Assembly (NCBI GenBank): GCA_044222475.1
Contig: JBGANF010000123.1
Location: 1-23,181 of the forward strand
Direction of reading: 5' to 3'
DNA: 23,181 bases
DNA from: Polyangiaceae bacterium
Lineage (GTDB): Bacteria > Myxococcota_A > Polyangia > Polyangiales > Polyangiaceae
Shown here piece by piece: positions 1 through 9,322 of this stretch (position 1 is its first letter; every line of letters begins with the position of its first letter). The notes under the pieces were generated by a model. It was not told where the DNA came from. It made no database searches and saw nothing but the letters and a program-made list of their open reading frames with translations. Both the position numbers and the translations under genes were made by a program.

Positions 1-871
1 AGACGACGGTGAGGTACTCGTGGCCGAAGTCGTTCGGGCTCCACGTGTGGAAGCGCGCGTGGTTGTAGAACGACGCGAGCGTGAGGCCCACCGCGACCGG
101 GATCAGGAACGTGCCGATCTTCTTCTGGAGCGCGTCGCCGTCGAGGCGTTTGTAGGTGCCGACGACGCGATCGCGGAGCGAGCCTTCGGTGACGACGCCG
201 CCCTTCGCGCAGACGCGGATCGCCTCGAACGCGAAGAACGCGGCGACGAGGAGCGTGTGCGGCCTCGTGTTGAACAAGCATGCCGCCGCGATGCCGGCGC
301 CGATCGGGTTCTCGGCGTCGATCGCGTAGAGGACGAACACCGCCATCGCGCCGACGGCGACGACGTGCGCGGCGAACCACACGCCACCGTTCACCGCGGT
401 GAAGAAGTAGACGGTGCCGAACGCGAACAGCGCGGCGAGCCGTAGGTTGTCGGCCTCGCTCCGGTCGATGCGCTTCGTGCGACGCAGCTTCTCCAGCGCG
501 AGGAAGAGCACGGCCGGCCCGACGCCGGCGAGCCAGACGATGAACTGACCGTCCTGGAAATTCTCCGGCGTGCCGGCGAGCGCGACGAACGGCATCATCA
601 ACACGGCAGGGAACGGCGGGAAGCTGATCCACCACTTGTTCTCGAAGAACGCGAAGTCGTTCCCTTGCGCGTAGTCCGGCGGACCGTTGGCCAGGTTGAG
701 CCGCCCGTGGAGGAACGCGTACGCCAGATGGGCGTAGTGGTTGAACGGATTGTGGGTCCGCAGCCGGTCGTTCCCGGCCGTGAGCATCATCACCGCGACG
801 ACCACGGCATAGACGAGGAGCGCGAGGACGAGGCGACGCTTGCGGGTTTCCGGCGTGAACCAGCTGCTCAC
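1..871 (-). CDS. Polytopic membrane protein, GT-C-fold glycosyltransferase-like (3' end runs off the window)
   Basis: Not in the ORF track; translated by hand from GTG at 871: MSSWFTPETRKRRLVLALLVYAVVAVMMLTAG..NHYAHLAYAFLHGRLNL..NDFAFFENKWWISFPPFPAVLMMPF..GTVYFFTAVNGGVWFAAH..NTRP..YNHARF..DFGHEYLTVV. Many hydrophobic segments; TAGGGT -10-like box 7 nt upstream. Family assignment is by resemblance only. Confidence 0.7.
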   Translation of the reverse strand, partial: MSSWFTPETRKRRLVLALLVYAVVVAVMMLTAGNDRLRTHNPFNHYAHLAYAFLHGRLNLANGPPDYAQGNDFAFFENKWWISFPPFPAVLMMPFVALAGTPENFQDGQFIVWLAGVGPAVLFLALEKLRRTKRIDRSEADNLRLAALFAFGTVYFFTAVNGGVWFAAHVVAVGAMAVFVLYAIDAENPIGAGIAAACLFNTRPHTLLVAAFFAFEAIRVCAKGGVVTEGSLRDRVVGTYKRLDGDALQKKIGTFLIPVAVGLTLASFYNHARFHTWSPNDFGHEYLTVV

Positions 872-936
872 GGCGGGCACCCTACACGAGGGGCCGTTGC
901 CGAGCGAGCGCGGGGACCGGGAGGGGGGGCTCCGAG

Positions 937-951
937 ATTGTTAGCCGGCTC
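937..951 (-). repeat. Dispersed motif A, copy 1 (GAGCCGGCTAACAAT on the minus strand)
   Basis: + strand reads ATTGTTAGCCGGCTC; the same core occurs at 14430, 14477, 14925 and 19907. Followed by hairpin CCCCTTTGCCGGAAGGGG (951-968). Confidence 0.85.
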
Positions 952-1065
952 CCCTTTGCCGGAAGGGGTCGAGGTGCGAAGGCCGGTTCGCTCCCAGGTG
1001 GCGCGACGTGTATCCAGCTTCGCGCGGAAGCCTCAGAAATCACGAGCAAATCGCCCTTTTTGGGG

Positions 1066-1080
1066 TGGCACGATGCTTGT
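1066..1080 (+). promoter_or_regulatory. Putative sigma-54 (-24/-12) promoter
   Basis: TGGCACG-ATGC-TTGT versus consensus TGGCACG-N4-TTGC; the -12 C is replaced by T. Confidence 0.45.
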
Positions 1081-1096
1081 AACGGAGGGCGCGACC

Positions 1097-1279
1097 ATGG
1101 CGCTCCCCTTCGAGGTTCCCTCCGACACGCGCGATCCCCGCACCCTCAGCATCCTCGCGAAGACGATCTATCGCGAGCTCCGCGCCAGCGGATATGCCGA
1201 GAACGACGTGATGGCCCTCGCGGGCGAGCTGCTCGGCATCGTGGCGACCGAGGTCAAGACGAAGCGCAGCTCCGGCTGA
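1097..1279 (+). CDS. Small 60-aa hypothetical protein, predicted helical
   Basis: ATG at 1097 with GGAGG at 1084-1088; MALPFEVPSDTRDPRTLSILAKTIYRELRASGYAENDVMALAGELLGIVATEVKTKRSSG; high GC3 codons; intrinsic terminator follows. Confidence 0.8.
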   Translation: MALPFEVPSDTRDPRTLSILAKTIYRELRASGYAENDVMALAGELLGIVATEVKTKRSSG

Positions 1280-1315
1280 CCTTCCTGCCGCTCCCGAGCC
1301 GTCCGGCCGGCGACG

Positions 1316-1354
1316 AAGCCTGCGTGCCCCTGGCACGCGGGCTTTTTTCATTTT
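1316..1354 (+). terminator. Rho-independent terminator
   Basis: Stem AAGCCTGCGTGCC / loop CCT / GGCACGCGGGCTT followed by TTTTCATTTT. Confidence 0.85.
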
Positions 1355-1398
1355 CGGGTCGGATTCGCGCGGATTCGCACAGAGAGTCCGCAAGTACG

Positions 1399-1428
1399 TT
1401 GACACATTGGTCGCGCGCCTCCGACAAT
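1399..1428 (+). promoter_or_regulatory. Sigma-70-type promoter of the FHA-TadA gene
   Basis: TTGACA (1399-1404), 18-nt spacer, GACAAT (1423-1428); ATG 10 nt downstream with no Shine-Dalgarno. Confidence 0.6.
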
Positions 1429-1438
1429 CGCCCGGTCA

Positions 1439-3712
1439 ATGTTCACGATCATCATCAGTGAGAAGGGCGGCGCCGAGCGGCGGGAGGCCTTCGACAAGAA
1501 CGAAATCAACGTCGGTCGTGTGCAAGGCAACGACCTGATGCTCCCGAAGGGCAACGTGTCGAAGCATCACGCTCGACTGCTCTTCCGCGATGGTCGTTTC
1601 ATCGTCACCGATCTCAAGAGCACCAACGGCACGTACGTCAACGGTCGCAAGATCGCACAAGCGACGATCGTCCGCGAAGGCGACAAGATCTACATCGGCG
1701 ATTTCATTCTTCGCGTCGACGTGGGCGGGGCAGGGGCAGTCGACGACGGGCAGCCCACCGCCACTCCGGACGGCGCGCCGCCGGCACCGCCGGCACCGTC
1801 CCCGTACGGAGCTCCGCCGAACCCACAAGGTCCGCCGATGCCCCAGCCGCCCATGCAGGGCGGGCCTCCGGGCATGCCGCCGCTCCCGACCGCGGCCCCG
1901 GGTCCCATGCCGCCGATGGGCCCGCAGGCGCCCGCGATGCCGCCCATGCCCGCCCCGATGCCGCCGGCTCCGATGCCGCAGCCTCCGATGCAGGCCCAGC
2001 AGCCGCAGATGCCGCAGCCCCCGATGCAGGCTCAGCAGCCGCAGATGCCGCAGATGCCACAGCCGCCGCAGATGTCCCCCCAGCCACCCATGGCGGCCCC
2101 TCCGGCGGCCGGCCCGCCGCGGCCCAGCTTCCCGGCCGCGATGCCCCCGCTTCCGACGCAGGCACCCGCGGCGCCCGCGCGTCCAGACCCGAGCGCCGTG
2201 AGCCACTTCCCGCTCGAGCGCGACCCCGACGACTCCGAGGCGAACGCCGGCGGCGGCCAGAAGATGCCGGCGCCGCCGCGCATCCCGCAGATGCCCGCGC
2301 AGCAAGCGAAGGGCGGGACGATCTCGATCAGCGGGAGCCCCGGCGCGCCGCCGGTGCGGCCGCCGTCGATGCCGCCGCCGCAGCCGTCGGCGTCCGCGCC
2401 GGTCGTCACTCCGGCGCGAGCGTCTCAGCCCGGATCCACGCCGTCGCGCGTCCCGCCGCGTGAGAGCCCGGCGCAGGCCGGTCGCAGGCTCGCGCTGTCG
2501 ACGCTCGTCGATCGCGTCGGCGATGCAGTCGATCTCGCCGTGCTCGACAAGCAACCGGTGGTGACGAAAGAGCTCGCCGCGAAGATCGAAGCGGCCGTCG
2601 TCGAGCAGCTCGCGCAGATGAAGGGCGAGGAAGGCATCCCCGAAGGGGCCGACGCCGACACGCTCAAGACGGACGCCGTGCGGGAGCTCACCGGCCTCGG
2701 TGCGCTCGGTCTGCTGCTCGAGGACGACGACGTGCACGAGGTGCACTGTCTCCGTCACGATCAGGTGCTCGCGGTGCGGTCGTCGGGGGTCGTCTTGGCG
2801 GACGCGAGCTTCTCGAGCGACGCTGCGCTGCGACGCTCGATCCTCCGCCTCGCCGACGCGAGCGGTGGAATGCCGGCCGATGGCGAGGCAATCCTCGATC
2901 GTCGAACGCCCAAGGGCGCGCACATGATGGCGTTCATGCCGCCGGTGTCGGTCGCGCATGCGCTGGTGGTGCGAAAGCGTCGTCGCGTCGAGATGTCGAT
3001 CGAGGACTTCGTTCGCCTCTCGGCGATGTCGCGCGCGATGGCGACGTTCCTCGAAGGCTGCGTGGCCGCCCGCGCAAACCTCCTCGTCTGCGCGTCGAGC
3101 ACCGGCGCAGCGACGACGTTCCTCAGCGCGCTCGCGTCCGGCGGCTCACCGGGCGATCGCGTCGCCGTGATTCAGGACGAGGAAGACTTCGCGATCTCCC
3201 ACGGTCAGGTCCTCCGCACCTCGCTCGCGACTCGGACGAGCGCCGAAGATCTCGTCCGCGCGACGGCGCGCATCCGCCCCGAGCGCCTCATCGTCGGTGC
3301 GCTCACCGGCCCGTTCGTCGCCGCCACGCTCGAGGCGATCGCCGAAGGCACCGAAGGCGTCCTCGCCGCAGCATCTGCTCCGTCGCTCCGGCACGCGCTG
3401 TCGCGCCTCACCGGGCAGCTGCTCCTCGCGCGTCCCGGCATTGGCGCCGAGGCAGCGCGCGAGCTCGTCGGCGAAGCGTTCGACGTCGCCATCGAGGTCC
3501 ACCTGCTCCCGGACGGGCGCTATCGCGTCGCCCGCATCGCCGAGCTCGGCGGGGCCGACGCAAAGGGCATCGTCTCGCGTGACGTGTTCGTCGCCGCGTC
3601 GGACGGTGGCGCCGATGCGCACGTCGCGACCGGCGTCGTTCCGCGCATCGTCAACGAGTTCGGGCTTCGCGGCGTTCGGATCGATCCGAACCTGTTCAAG
3701 AAGACGCGGTGA
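1439..3712 (+). CDS. FHA domain + Pro/Gln/Met-rich linker + degenerate TadA/CpaF (VirB11-family) ATPase domain
   Basis: FHA motifs NVGR, VSKHHA and STNGT are intact. C-terminal half follows the CpaF pattern (ELTGLGALGLLLEDDDV, RIRPERLIVG, DGRYRVARIAE), but Walker A reads CASSTGAATT. Confidence 0.85.
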   Translation: MFTIIISEKGGAERREAFDKNEINVGRVQGNDLMLPKGNVSKHHARLLFRDGRFIVTDLKSTNGTYVNGRKIAQATIVREGDKIYIGDFILRVDVGGAGAVDDGQPTATPDGAPPAPPAPSPYGAPPNPQGPPMPQPPMQGGPPGMPPLPTAAPGPMPPMGPQAPAMPPMPAPMPPAPMPQPPMQAQQPQMPQPPMQAQQPQMPQMPQPPQMSPQPPMAAPPAAGPPRPSFPAAMPPLPTQAPAAPARPDPSAVSHFPLERDPDDSEANAGGGQKMPAPPRIPQMPAQQAKGGTISISGSPGAPPVRPPSMPPPQPSASAPVVTPARASQPGSTPSRVPPRESPAQAGRRLALSTLVDRVGDAVDLAVLDKQPVVTKELAAKIEAAVVEQLAQMKGEEGIPEGADADTLKTDAVRELTGLGALGLLLEDDDVHEVHCLRHDQVLAVRSSGVVLADASFSSDAALRRSILRLADASGGMPADGEAILDRRTPKGAHMMAFMPPVSVAHALVVRKRRRVEMSIEDFVRLSAMSRAMATFLEGCVAARANLLVCASSTGAATTFLSALASGGSPGDRVAVIQDEEDFAISHGQVLRTSLATRTSAEDLVRATARIRPERLIVGALTGPFVAATLEAIAEGTEGVLAAASAPSLRHALSRLTGQLLLARPGIGAEAARELVGEAFDVAIEVHLLPDGRYRVARIAELGGADAKGIVSRDVFVAASDGGADAHVATGVVPRIVNEFGLRGVRIDPNLFKKTR
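1973..2044 (+). repeat. 36-nt intragenic tandem repeat, 2 copies (MPQPPMQAQQPQ)
   Basis: Units 1973-2008 and 2009-2044 differ only at synonymous sites; further partial PQM units follow. Confidence 0.85.
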
Positions 3713-3718
3713 TCCTCG

Positions 3719-3743
3719 GCGTCGTCCCAAAGTGGGACGACGC
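3719..3743. terminator. Hairpin between convergent genes; contains palindrome B (3724-3738)
   Basis: 11-bp perfect stem GCGTCGTCCCA / AAG / TGGGACGACGC. No U-tract, so a terminator role is uncertain. Confidence 0.5.
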
Positions 3744-4261
3744 TACTCCGCCGTGTCGCCCGCTTCGGCGCTGCGCTTCTGCATCTTCCGCTGAACGATC
3801 CGCTTCTTCAGCGGACCCATGTGGTCGATCATCAGCGTGCCCTGAAGGTGGTCGTACTCGTGCTGGATCGCCACCGCGAGGAGGCCCTCCGCTTCGAGCT
3901 CGAAGGGCTTCCCGTTTCGGTCGAGCGCGCGCACGCGCACTCGGGCGGCGCGCTCGATCTCCTCGGCGACGCCGGGGAAGCTCAGGCAACCCTCGTTCCA
4001 CACGATCGTCTCGTGGCGCTCCAGGATCTCCGGGTTGATGAACACGCGGAGATCGGACGGCTCGTCCTCGCCGGCGATGTCGATCACGAAGAGCTGGAGC
4101 GCGACGCCGATCTGCGTCGCCGCGAGGCCGACGCCTGGCGCCGCGTACATCGTCTCGGCCATGTCGTCCGCGAGGACTTTGATCTCGGGCGTGACCTCGG
4201 CGATGCGGGCTCCATGCTCACGGAGCCGCGGATCGGGGTAGTGGAGGATCGTTCGAATCAT
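3743..4261 (-). CDS. def: Peptide deformylase
   Basis: Motifs GVGLAATQIG, EGCLS and QHEYDHLQG. Confidence 0.97.
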   Translation of the reverse strand: MIRTILHYPDPRLREHGARIAEVTPEIKVLADDMAETMYAAPGVGLAATQIGVALQLFVIDIAGEDEPSDLRVFINPEILERHETIVWNEGCLSFPGVAEEIERAARVRVRALDRNGKPFELEAEGLLAVAIQHEYDHLQGTLMIDHMGPLKKRIVQRKMQKRSAEAGDTAE

Positions 4262-4281
4262 GCGTCGCCTGCGGTTCTCCC

Positions 4282-4310
4282 ATTGTAGTACCGCCTCCGA
4301 CCCGCGTCAC
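4282..4310 (-). promoter_or_regulatory. Sigma-70-type promoter of def
   Basis: Minus strand GTGACG-N17-TACAAT, 20 nt upstream of the ATG. Confidence 0.55.
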
Positions 4311-4351
4311 CCCCGTGAGAATTCGAAGGAATGCAGAATTCGTCCTTTTCT

Positions 4352-5482
4352 TCAGGACGTCGGCGGCTCGGGGTACGCAATCCGCCCCCAGACGTGCGCG
4401 TCGTCGCCGCAGACCTCCCAGCTCGGCGAGATGATGCGCGGCGCCTGCTGCGGCTCGTCCGGGCCGGCCCAGTCCACCGCGGCCGCTCGCGCCCGCGGCC
4501 CGAGGAGGATCGGCGCCAGGAAGGCGTGCAGCTCGTCGGCCAGATGCGTCGCGAGGAGACTCCCCGCGAGCTCCGCGCCGCCCTCGACCAAGAGCGACAC
4601 GATCCCGCGCTCGGCAAGGGCGACCGCCGCCGTGTGCACGTCGATGCGCCCCTCGGTCCCGACCGGCACGCGAATGATCTCCACCCCGTGGTTCTCGAGC
4701 TCTTCCGCCGGCCCCGCCTCCGCGTCCATGCTCGTCAGCACCCACGTCGGGATCTCGCGCGCGGTCGTCACGAGGCGGAGGTGCGTCGCGAGCCGCAGGC
4801 GCGTGTCGAAGACGACGCGAATGGGGTTCTCGCCCTTCACCGCGCGCACGTTGAGGCGCGGGTCGTCGGCGAGGGCGGTGTTGATCCCCACCGCGACCGC
4901 ATCGGCCTGGGCGCGCAGCGCGTGGACGCGGGCCCGCGCATCGCGACCGGTGACCCACTTCGACGATCCGGTGCGTGTCGCGATTCGCCCGTCGAGCGAC
5001 AGCGCGAGCTTGAGCACGACGTGCGGCAGACCGCGCGTGATGTACTTCGTCCACGGCGCGATCAGCGTCTTCGCCTCGGCTTCGCGGACGCCGACGTCGA
5101 CCTGGATGCCGGCGGCGCGCAGCGCGGCGGTGCCGCCACCATCGACGTGCGGGTTCGGGTCCGCACAGCCGACGACGACGCGCGCGACCTTCGCCGCGAG
5201 GATCGCCTTCGTGCACGGCGGGGTCTTGCCGGTGTGGTTGCACGGCTCGAGCGTGACGTAGAGCGTCGACCCGGCCGCCGCTCCCTTCGCCGCCTCGAGC
5301 GCGACGATCTCCGCGTGAGGCCCGCCGGCGCGCACGTGAAAGCCTTCGGCGACGACCTTCCCGTCCTTCACCACGACCGCGCCGACGCGCGGGTTCGGCG
5401 ACGGTCGCCCGCCCTCCGCGAGCTCGAGGGCCTGCGCCATGAAGCGCTCGTCGAGCTCCTTGTTTGCGGGGTCTTGGCTCAT
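4352..5482 (-). CDS. ribD: Bifunctional riboflavin deaminase/reductase RibD
   Basis: [42 protein letters not shown] at 5482 overlaps the nrdR stop (ATGA); the ORF-track extension to 5884 is spurious. Confidence 0.96.
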   Translation of the reverse strand: MSQDPANKELDERFMAQALELAEGGRPSPNPRVGAVVVKDGKVVAEGFHVRAGGPHAEIVALEAAKGAAAGSTLYVTLEPCNHTGKTPPCTKAILAAKVARVVVGCADPNPHVDGGGTAALRAAGIQVDVGVREAEAKTLIAPWTKYITRGLPHVVLKLALSLDGRIATRTGSSKWVTGRDARARVHALRAQADAVAVGINTALADDPRLNVRAVKGENPIRVVFDTRLRLATHLRLVTTAREIPTWVLTSMDAEAGPAEELENHGVEIIRVPVGTEGRIDVHTAAVALAERGIVSLLVEGGAELAGSLLATHLADELHAFLAPILLGPRARAAAVDWAGPDEPQQAPRIISPSWEVCGDDAHVWGRIAYPEPPTS

Positions 5483-5973
5483 CGAGCACCCGGATCCTTG
5501 CGCTCCGCGGCGCCGGGCGCAACAGCTTCCTCGATCCTGTCGAGCTCGGCGCGGAACTCGTCGATGTCCTTGAAGCTCCGGTACACGCTCGCGAAGCGCA
5601 CGTAGGCGACCTGATCCAGCTTGCGCAGCGCCGTCATCACGCGCTCGCCGACGTCGGTCGCGGCGACCTCTCGCTCGCCCGTCTCGACGAGGTCGCGCTC
5701 GATCTGATCGGCGAGCTGATCGAGGCGCTCGAGCGAGATCGCCCGCTTGTCGCACGCCTTTCGGACGCCGGCGAGGAGCTTCTGGCGATCGAACGGCTCG
5801 CGACGCATGTCCTTCTTCACGACGAGCGGGAGCACGTCTTCGACGCGCTCGTACGTCGTGAACCGCCGCGCGCACGACTCGCACTCGCGCCGCCGCCGGG
5901 TGACGTCACCCAGAGCGCCGAGCCGGGAGTCGATGACCTTGCTCTCGAGGTGAGAGCAAAATGGGCATTTCAT
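5479..5973 (-). CDS. nrdR: Transcriptional repressor NrdR
   Basis: [24 protein letters not shown] zinc ribbon, ATP cone, [13 protein letters not shown]; adjacent to ribD. Confidence 0.98.
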   Translation of the reverse strand: MKCPFCSHLESKVIDSRLGALGDVTRRRRECESCARRFTTYERVEDVLPLVVKKDMRREPFDRQKLLAGVRKACDKRAISLERLDQLADQIERDLVETGEREVAATDVGERVMTALRKLDQVAYVRFASVYRSFKDIDEFRAELDRIEEAVAPGAAERKDPGAR

Positions 5974-5985
5974 CGGCGGAGATTC

Positions 5986-7230
5986 TCAGTCCTCGAGCCG
6001 TGAGAGGACCAGGCTGCAGTTCGTGCCGCCGAAGCCGAACGAGTTGTTCAGCACGTGCCGGAGCCGACGCTCGCGCGCGGTGTGGGGCACGTAGTCGAGC
6101 ACGCACGCAGGGTCGGGGTTGTCGAGGTTGATGGTCGGCGGGACGCGACCCTCCGAGACGGCGAGCGCGCAGATCGCGCTCTCGACCGCGCCGGCGGCGC
6201 CGAGCAAGTGGCCGATCATCGACTTCGTCGAGCTGACCCAGAGCTTCTTGTCGGTGGCGTGCGAGCCGAACACGCGCTCGATCGCCTTCGACTCCTCGGG
6301 GTCGCCCGCGGGCGTCGAGGTGCCATGCGCGTTGATGTAGTCGATCTGATCGGGCGCGACCTTCGCGTCCTTGAGCGCCATCTTCATCGAGCGCTGCGCG
6401 CCTTCGCCTTCGGGCGCGATGCGCGTGAGGTGGTACGCGTCGCTCGAGGCGCCGTAGCCGGTGACCTCGGCGTAGATCTTCGCGCCGCGCTTCTTCGCGC
6501 GCGAGAGCGACTCGAGGACCATGATCCCCGCGCCTTCGCCGCTCACGAAGCCGTCGCGGTCTTTGTCCCAAGGACGGCTCGCCTTGGTGGGGTCGTCGTT
6601 GCGCTTCGACAACGCGAGCATGGCCTCGAAGCCGCCGATGCCGACCGGAGTGATCGTGCCTTCGGCGCCGCCCGCGACCATGACCTGCGTCCGACCGCGG
6701 CGGATCCACTCGACCGCTTCGCCGATGGCGTGCGCGCCGCTCGAGCACGCGCTCGTCGTGCAGTACGACGGGCCGCGGAGCCCGTACTGAATCGAGATCT
6801 GGCCGGCCGCGAGGTTCGCGATGATGCCCGGGATCGAGTACGGGCTGATGCGCCCCGATCCCTTCGTCATCACGGTCTGCTTCGCGTCTTCGAGGCACTC
6901 GATGCCGCCGAGCCCCACGCCGACGAAGCAACCCGCTTCGTCGCGCTCTTCGTCGGTGAGCTCGATGCCGGAGTCCTTCATCGCCATCTGCCCCGCGGCG
7001 ACCGCGAACTGGCAGAAGCGGCCCATCTCCTTGACCTTCTTCTTCTCGATGAACTGGAGCGGGTCCCAGTTCTTCACTTCCGCCGCGATGCGCACGCGGA
7101 AGTTCGACGCGTCGAACAACGTGATCGGACCCACGCCGCTCTTGCCCTCGAGGAGAGCGCGGAAGGTTTCTTCGCGACCTAGAGCGAGGGGAGTGACGAG
7201 ACCGATGCCGGTGATGACGACGCGTTCCAC
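5986..7230 (-). CDS. fabF: 3-oxoacyl-ACP synthase II
   Basis: [15 protein letters not shown] (catalytic Cys), [31 protein letters not shown] start with GGAG upstream. Confidence 0.97.
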   Translation of the reverse strand: MERVVITGIGLVTPLALGREETFRALLEGKSGVGPITLFDASNFRVRIAAEVKNWDPLQFIEKKKVKEMGRFCQFAVAAGQMAMKDSGIELTDEERDEAGCFVGVGLGGIECLEDAKQTVMTKGSGRISPYSIPGIIANLAAGQISIQYGLRGPSYCTTSACSSGAHAIGEAVEWIRRGRTQVMVAGGAEGTITPVGIGGFEAMLALSKRNDDPTKASRPWDKDRDGFVSGEGAGIMVLESLSRAKKRGAKIYAEVTGYGASSDAYHLTRIAPEGEGAQRSMKMALKDAKVAPDQIDYINAHGTSTPAGDPEESKAIERVFGSHATDKKLWVSSTKSMIGHLLGAAGAVESAICALAVSEGRVPPTINLDNPDPACVLDYVPHTARERRLRHVLNNSFGFGGTNCSLVLSRLED

Positions 7231-7312
7231 AGCGACTCCAACTGCCTTCTATGTGCTCGTCCGGCGTTTGCTGGACGAGGGGAGGCGGCGCGTGCCGCCA
7301 TCCCCAGGCTGC

Positions 7313-7558
7313 TCACTTCTTCTTGGCGTGCTTTTCGATGTAGTCAATGGCGTCCTGGACGGTGCGGATCTTCTCCGTGTCCTCGTCCGGGATGTCGATC
7401 TCGAAGGCCTCTTCGAACGCGAGCACGAGCTCCACGAGCCCGAGCGAGTCCGCGCCGAGGTCGTCGATGAACGTCGATTCGGGCTTGATGTCCTTCTCGT
7501 CGACGTCGAGCTGCTCTTTGATGATGCGCTTGACCTGTGCGGCAATTTCCTCAGCCAT
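7313..7558 (-). CDS. acpP: Acyl carrier protein
   Basis: DDLGADSL phosphopantetheine site; acidic 81 aa; between fabG and fabF. Confidence 0.98.
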   Translation of the reverse strand: MAEEIAAQVKRIIKEQLDVDEKDIKPESTFIDDLGADSLGLVELVLAFEEAFEIDIPDEDTEKIRTVQDAIDYIEKHAKKK

Positions 7559-7602
7559 CGCGTTCGCCTCGTTCGGGGCTGCTTCTGTGCAGCGGGGGGG
7601 CC

Positions 7603-7631
7603 TGTTTACCGGAGGGGGTCCCCCGGCGCAA
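7603..7631 (-). promoter_or_regulatory. Possible internal sigma-70 promoter for acpP
   Basis: Minus strand TTGCGC-N17-TAAACA in the fabG-acpP spacer. Confidence 0.4.
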
Positions 7632-7680
7632 GCCGAATTGGCCTGCGTAGGGGTTCACGCACCCCATTTATCGAAGAGTT

Positions 7681-8427
7681 TCAGGTGTACATGCCGCCGT
7701 TGACCCGGAGGCACTGGCCGGTCACGTAGCCGGCCTCGTCGCTGGCCAGGTACACGCAGGCGGCGGCGATGTCCTTGGCGGACCCCGTCCGGCCCAGGGG
7801 GATGGCCTTGAGGACCATCTCCTTGGCGGCGTCGTTCATGGCGTGGGTCATGTCGGTGTCGATGAAGCCCGGCGCCACCGCGTTCACGGTGACGTTCCGG
7901 GAGGCGTACTCGCGGGCGATCGACTTGGTGATCCCGAGGAGCGCGGCCTTGGTGGCGGCGTAGCCGGTCTGGCCGACGTTCCCCATCTCGCCGACGACCG
8001 ACGACATGAAGATGATGCGGCCCCACTTCGACCGCATCATGCTCTTCATCGCGCATCGCGCGCAGGTCACCGCGCCGCGGACGTTGGTGTCGAAGAGCTT
8101 CGTGAGGTCCTCGTCCTTGACGCGAAGGAGCAGGCCGTCGATCGCGATGCCGGCGTTGGCGACGAGGATGTCGAGCTTGCCGTGCTTCTTGATGATGGCG
8201 TCGATGGCGGCCTCGGTCGCGGCGGTGTCGGCGACGTCGAAGCCGGACACGTCCGCCGTGCCGCCTTTCTGCGCGATCGCCTCGGCGACCTCGCGAGCGG
8301 CTGCTTCGCCCTTCACGTAGTTGACGATCACGGTGGCGCCTTGAGCGGCCAGCGCCTCCGAGACGGCGCGGCCGATGCCGCGGGAGCCACCGGTCACGAG
8401 CGCGATTTTGCCTTCGAGTCGAAACAT
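7681..8427 (-). CDS. fabG: 3-oxoacyl-ACP reductase
   Basis: TGGSRGIG, NAGI, YAATK, NAVAPGFIDTDMT, VNGGM. Confidence 0.97.
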   Translation of the reverse strand: MFRLEGKIALVTGGSRGIGRAVSEALAAQGATVIVNYVKGEAAAREVAEAIAQKGGTADVSGFDVADTAATEAAIDAIIKKHGKLDILVANAGIAIDGLLLRVKDEDLTKLFDTNVRGAVTCARCAMKSMMRSKWGRIIFMSSVVGEMGNVGQTGYAATKAALLGITKSIAREYASRNVTVNAVAPGFIDTDMTHAMNDAAKEMVLKAIPLGRTGSAKDIAAACVYLASDEAGYVTGQCLRVNGGMYT

Positions 8428-8474
8428 GGGTCGGTCTTCTACCCGAACCGGAGCGCGTCCGATAGATTGGCCGC

Positions 8475-9304
8475 ATGCGGACTCGTGTCGTCGTGGTCCT
8501 CGGGCTCGCCTCGGCGCTCGCGGTCGCGGCGTGCTCGATCCTGACCTCCCTCGGCGACCTCGCTCCCGCTGCCAGCGGGACCGACGGCTCCACGGATACC
8601 GCAGCCCCGAGCGACGCTCCGTCCGACGCCGCGGTGAGCGCCTGCGATGGCGGGTCGATCCCCGACCTCGTCGGTTACTACAAGCTCGACGAAGGCAGCG
8701 GCCTCGTGGTCCACGATTGTTCGGGCAAAGGCCACGACGGGACGATCCTTCGCACCAGCGCGAACACGTGGACGACCGGGATCCAAGGCGGAGGCATCCG
8801 CGTGCTTTCGCCCGACGGGTGCATCGACCTGGGCGCCGATCCGGACTTCGTGATGACCGGAGGGTTCACGGTGATGACGTGGGCGCACGTCGACACGTTC
8901 CCGGACCCCGGGAGCTCGGCCTACCTCGTTGGCAAGACGTTGAACGTGTTCGATCGCGGCTGGCGCCTCCACACCGCGTCGATCCAGGAGGAGTTCGGCG
9001 CCGCCGTCGCCCAGACCGGGAGACGCGGGCCCGCTGCAGGCCGGAAGAGATGGCTTCGATGCGGGCGTTTGGCAACGTGGCGGCGCGTTTCGAGCCCACC
9101 AAGTCCGTCACCGTCTACGTGGATGGTGCGCAGATCTCGACTCTGACGTGGTCCTCCACGTTGATCGAGGACACCGCAGCGAACCTGCGCATCGGCTGTC
9201 GAGGTGACAACGCGGGCTATCTCGCCGGCGTGATCGACGAGGTCCGCATCTACCGCCGCGCTCTCACTCCGAGCGAGATCGCGATCCTTTCGCAGAAGCC
9301 GTAG
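8475..9304 (+). pseudogene. LamG/concanavalin-A-like lipoprotein, copy 1, broken by two frameshifts (pseudogene or sequencing error)
   Basis: Lipobox AVAAC; LVGYYKLDEGSG..DCSGKGHDG. C-terminus RIGCRGDN..GVIDEVRIYRRALT lies in another frame. Alignment to copy 2 needs +1 nt at ~9018-9021 and -2 nt at ~9073-9076. Confidence 0.85.
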
Positions 9305-9322
9305 GCGAGGCACACTGGGGTG

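Noticed and set aside
665..1096. N-terminal extension making the small protein 204 aa
   Set aside because: Overlaps the minus-strand membrane protein gene and the promoter region; ATG 1097 has an SD-like sequence.
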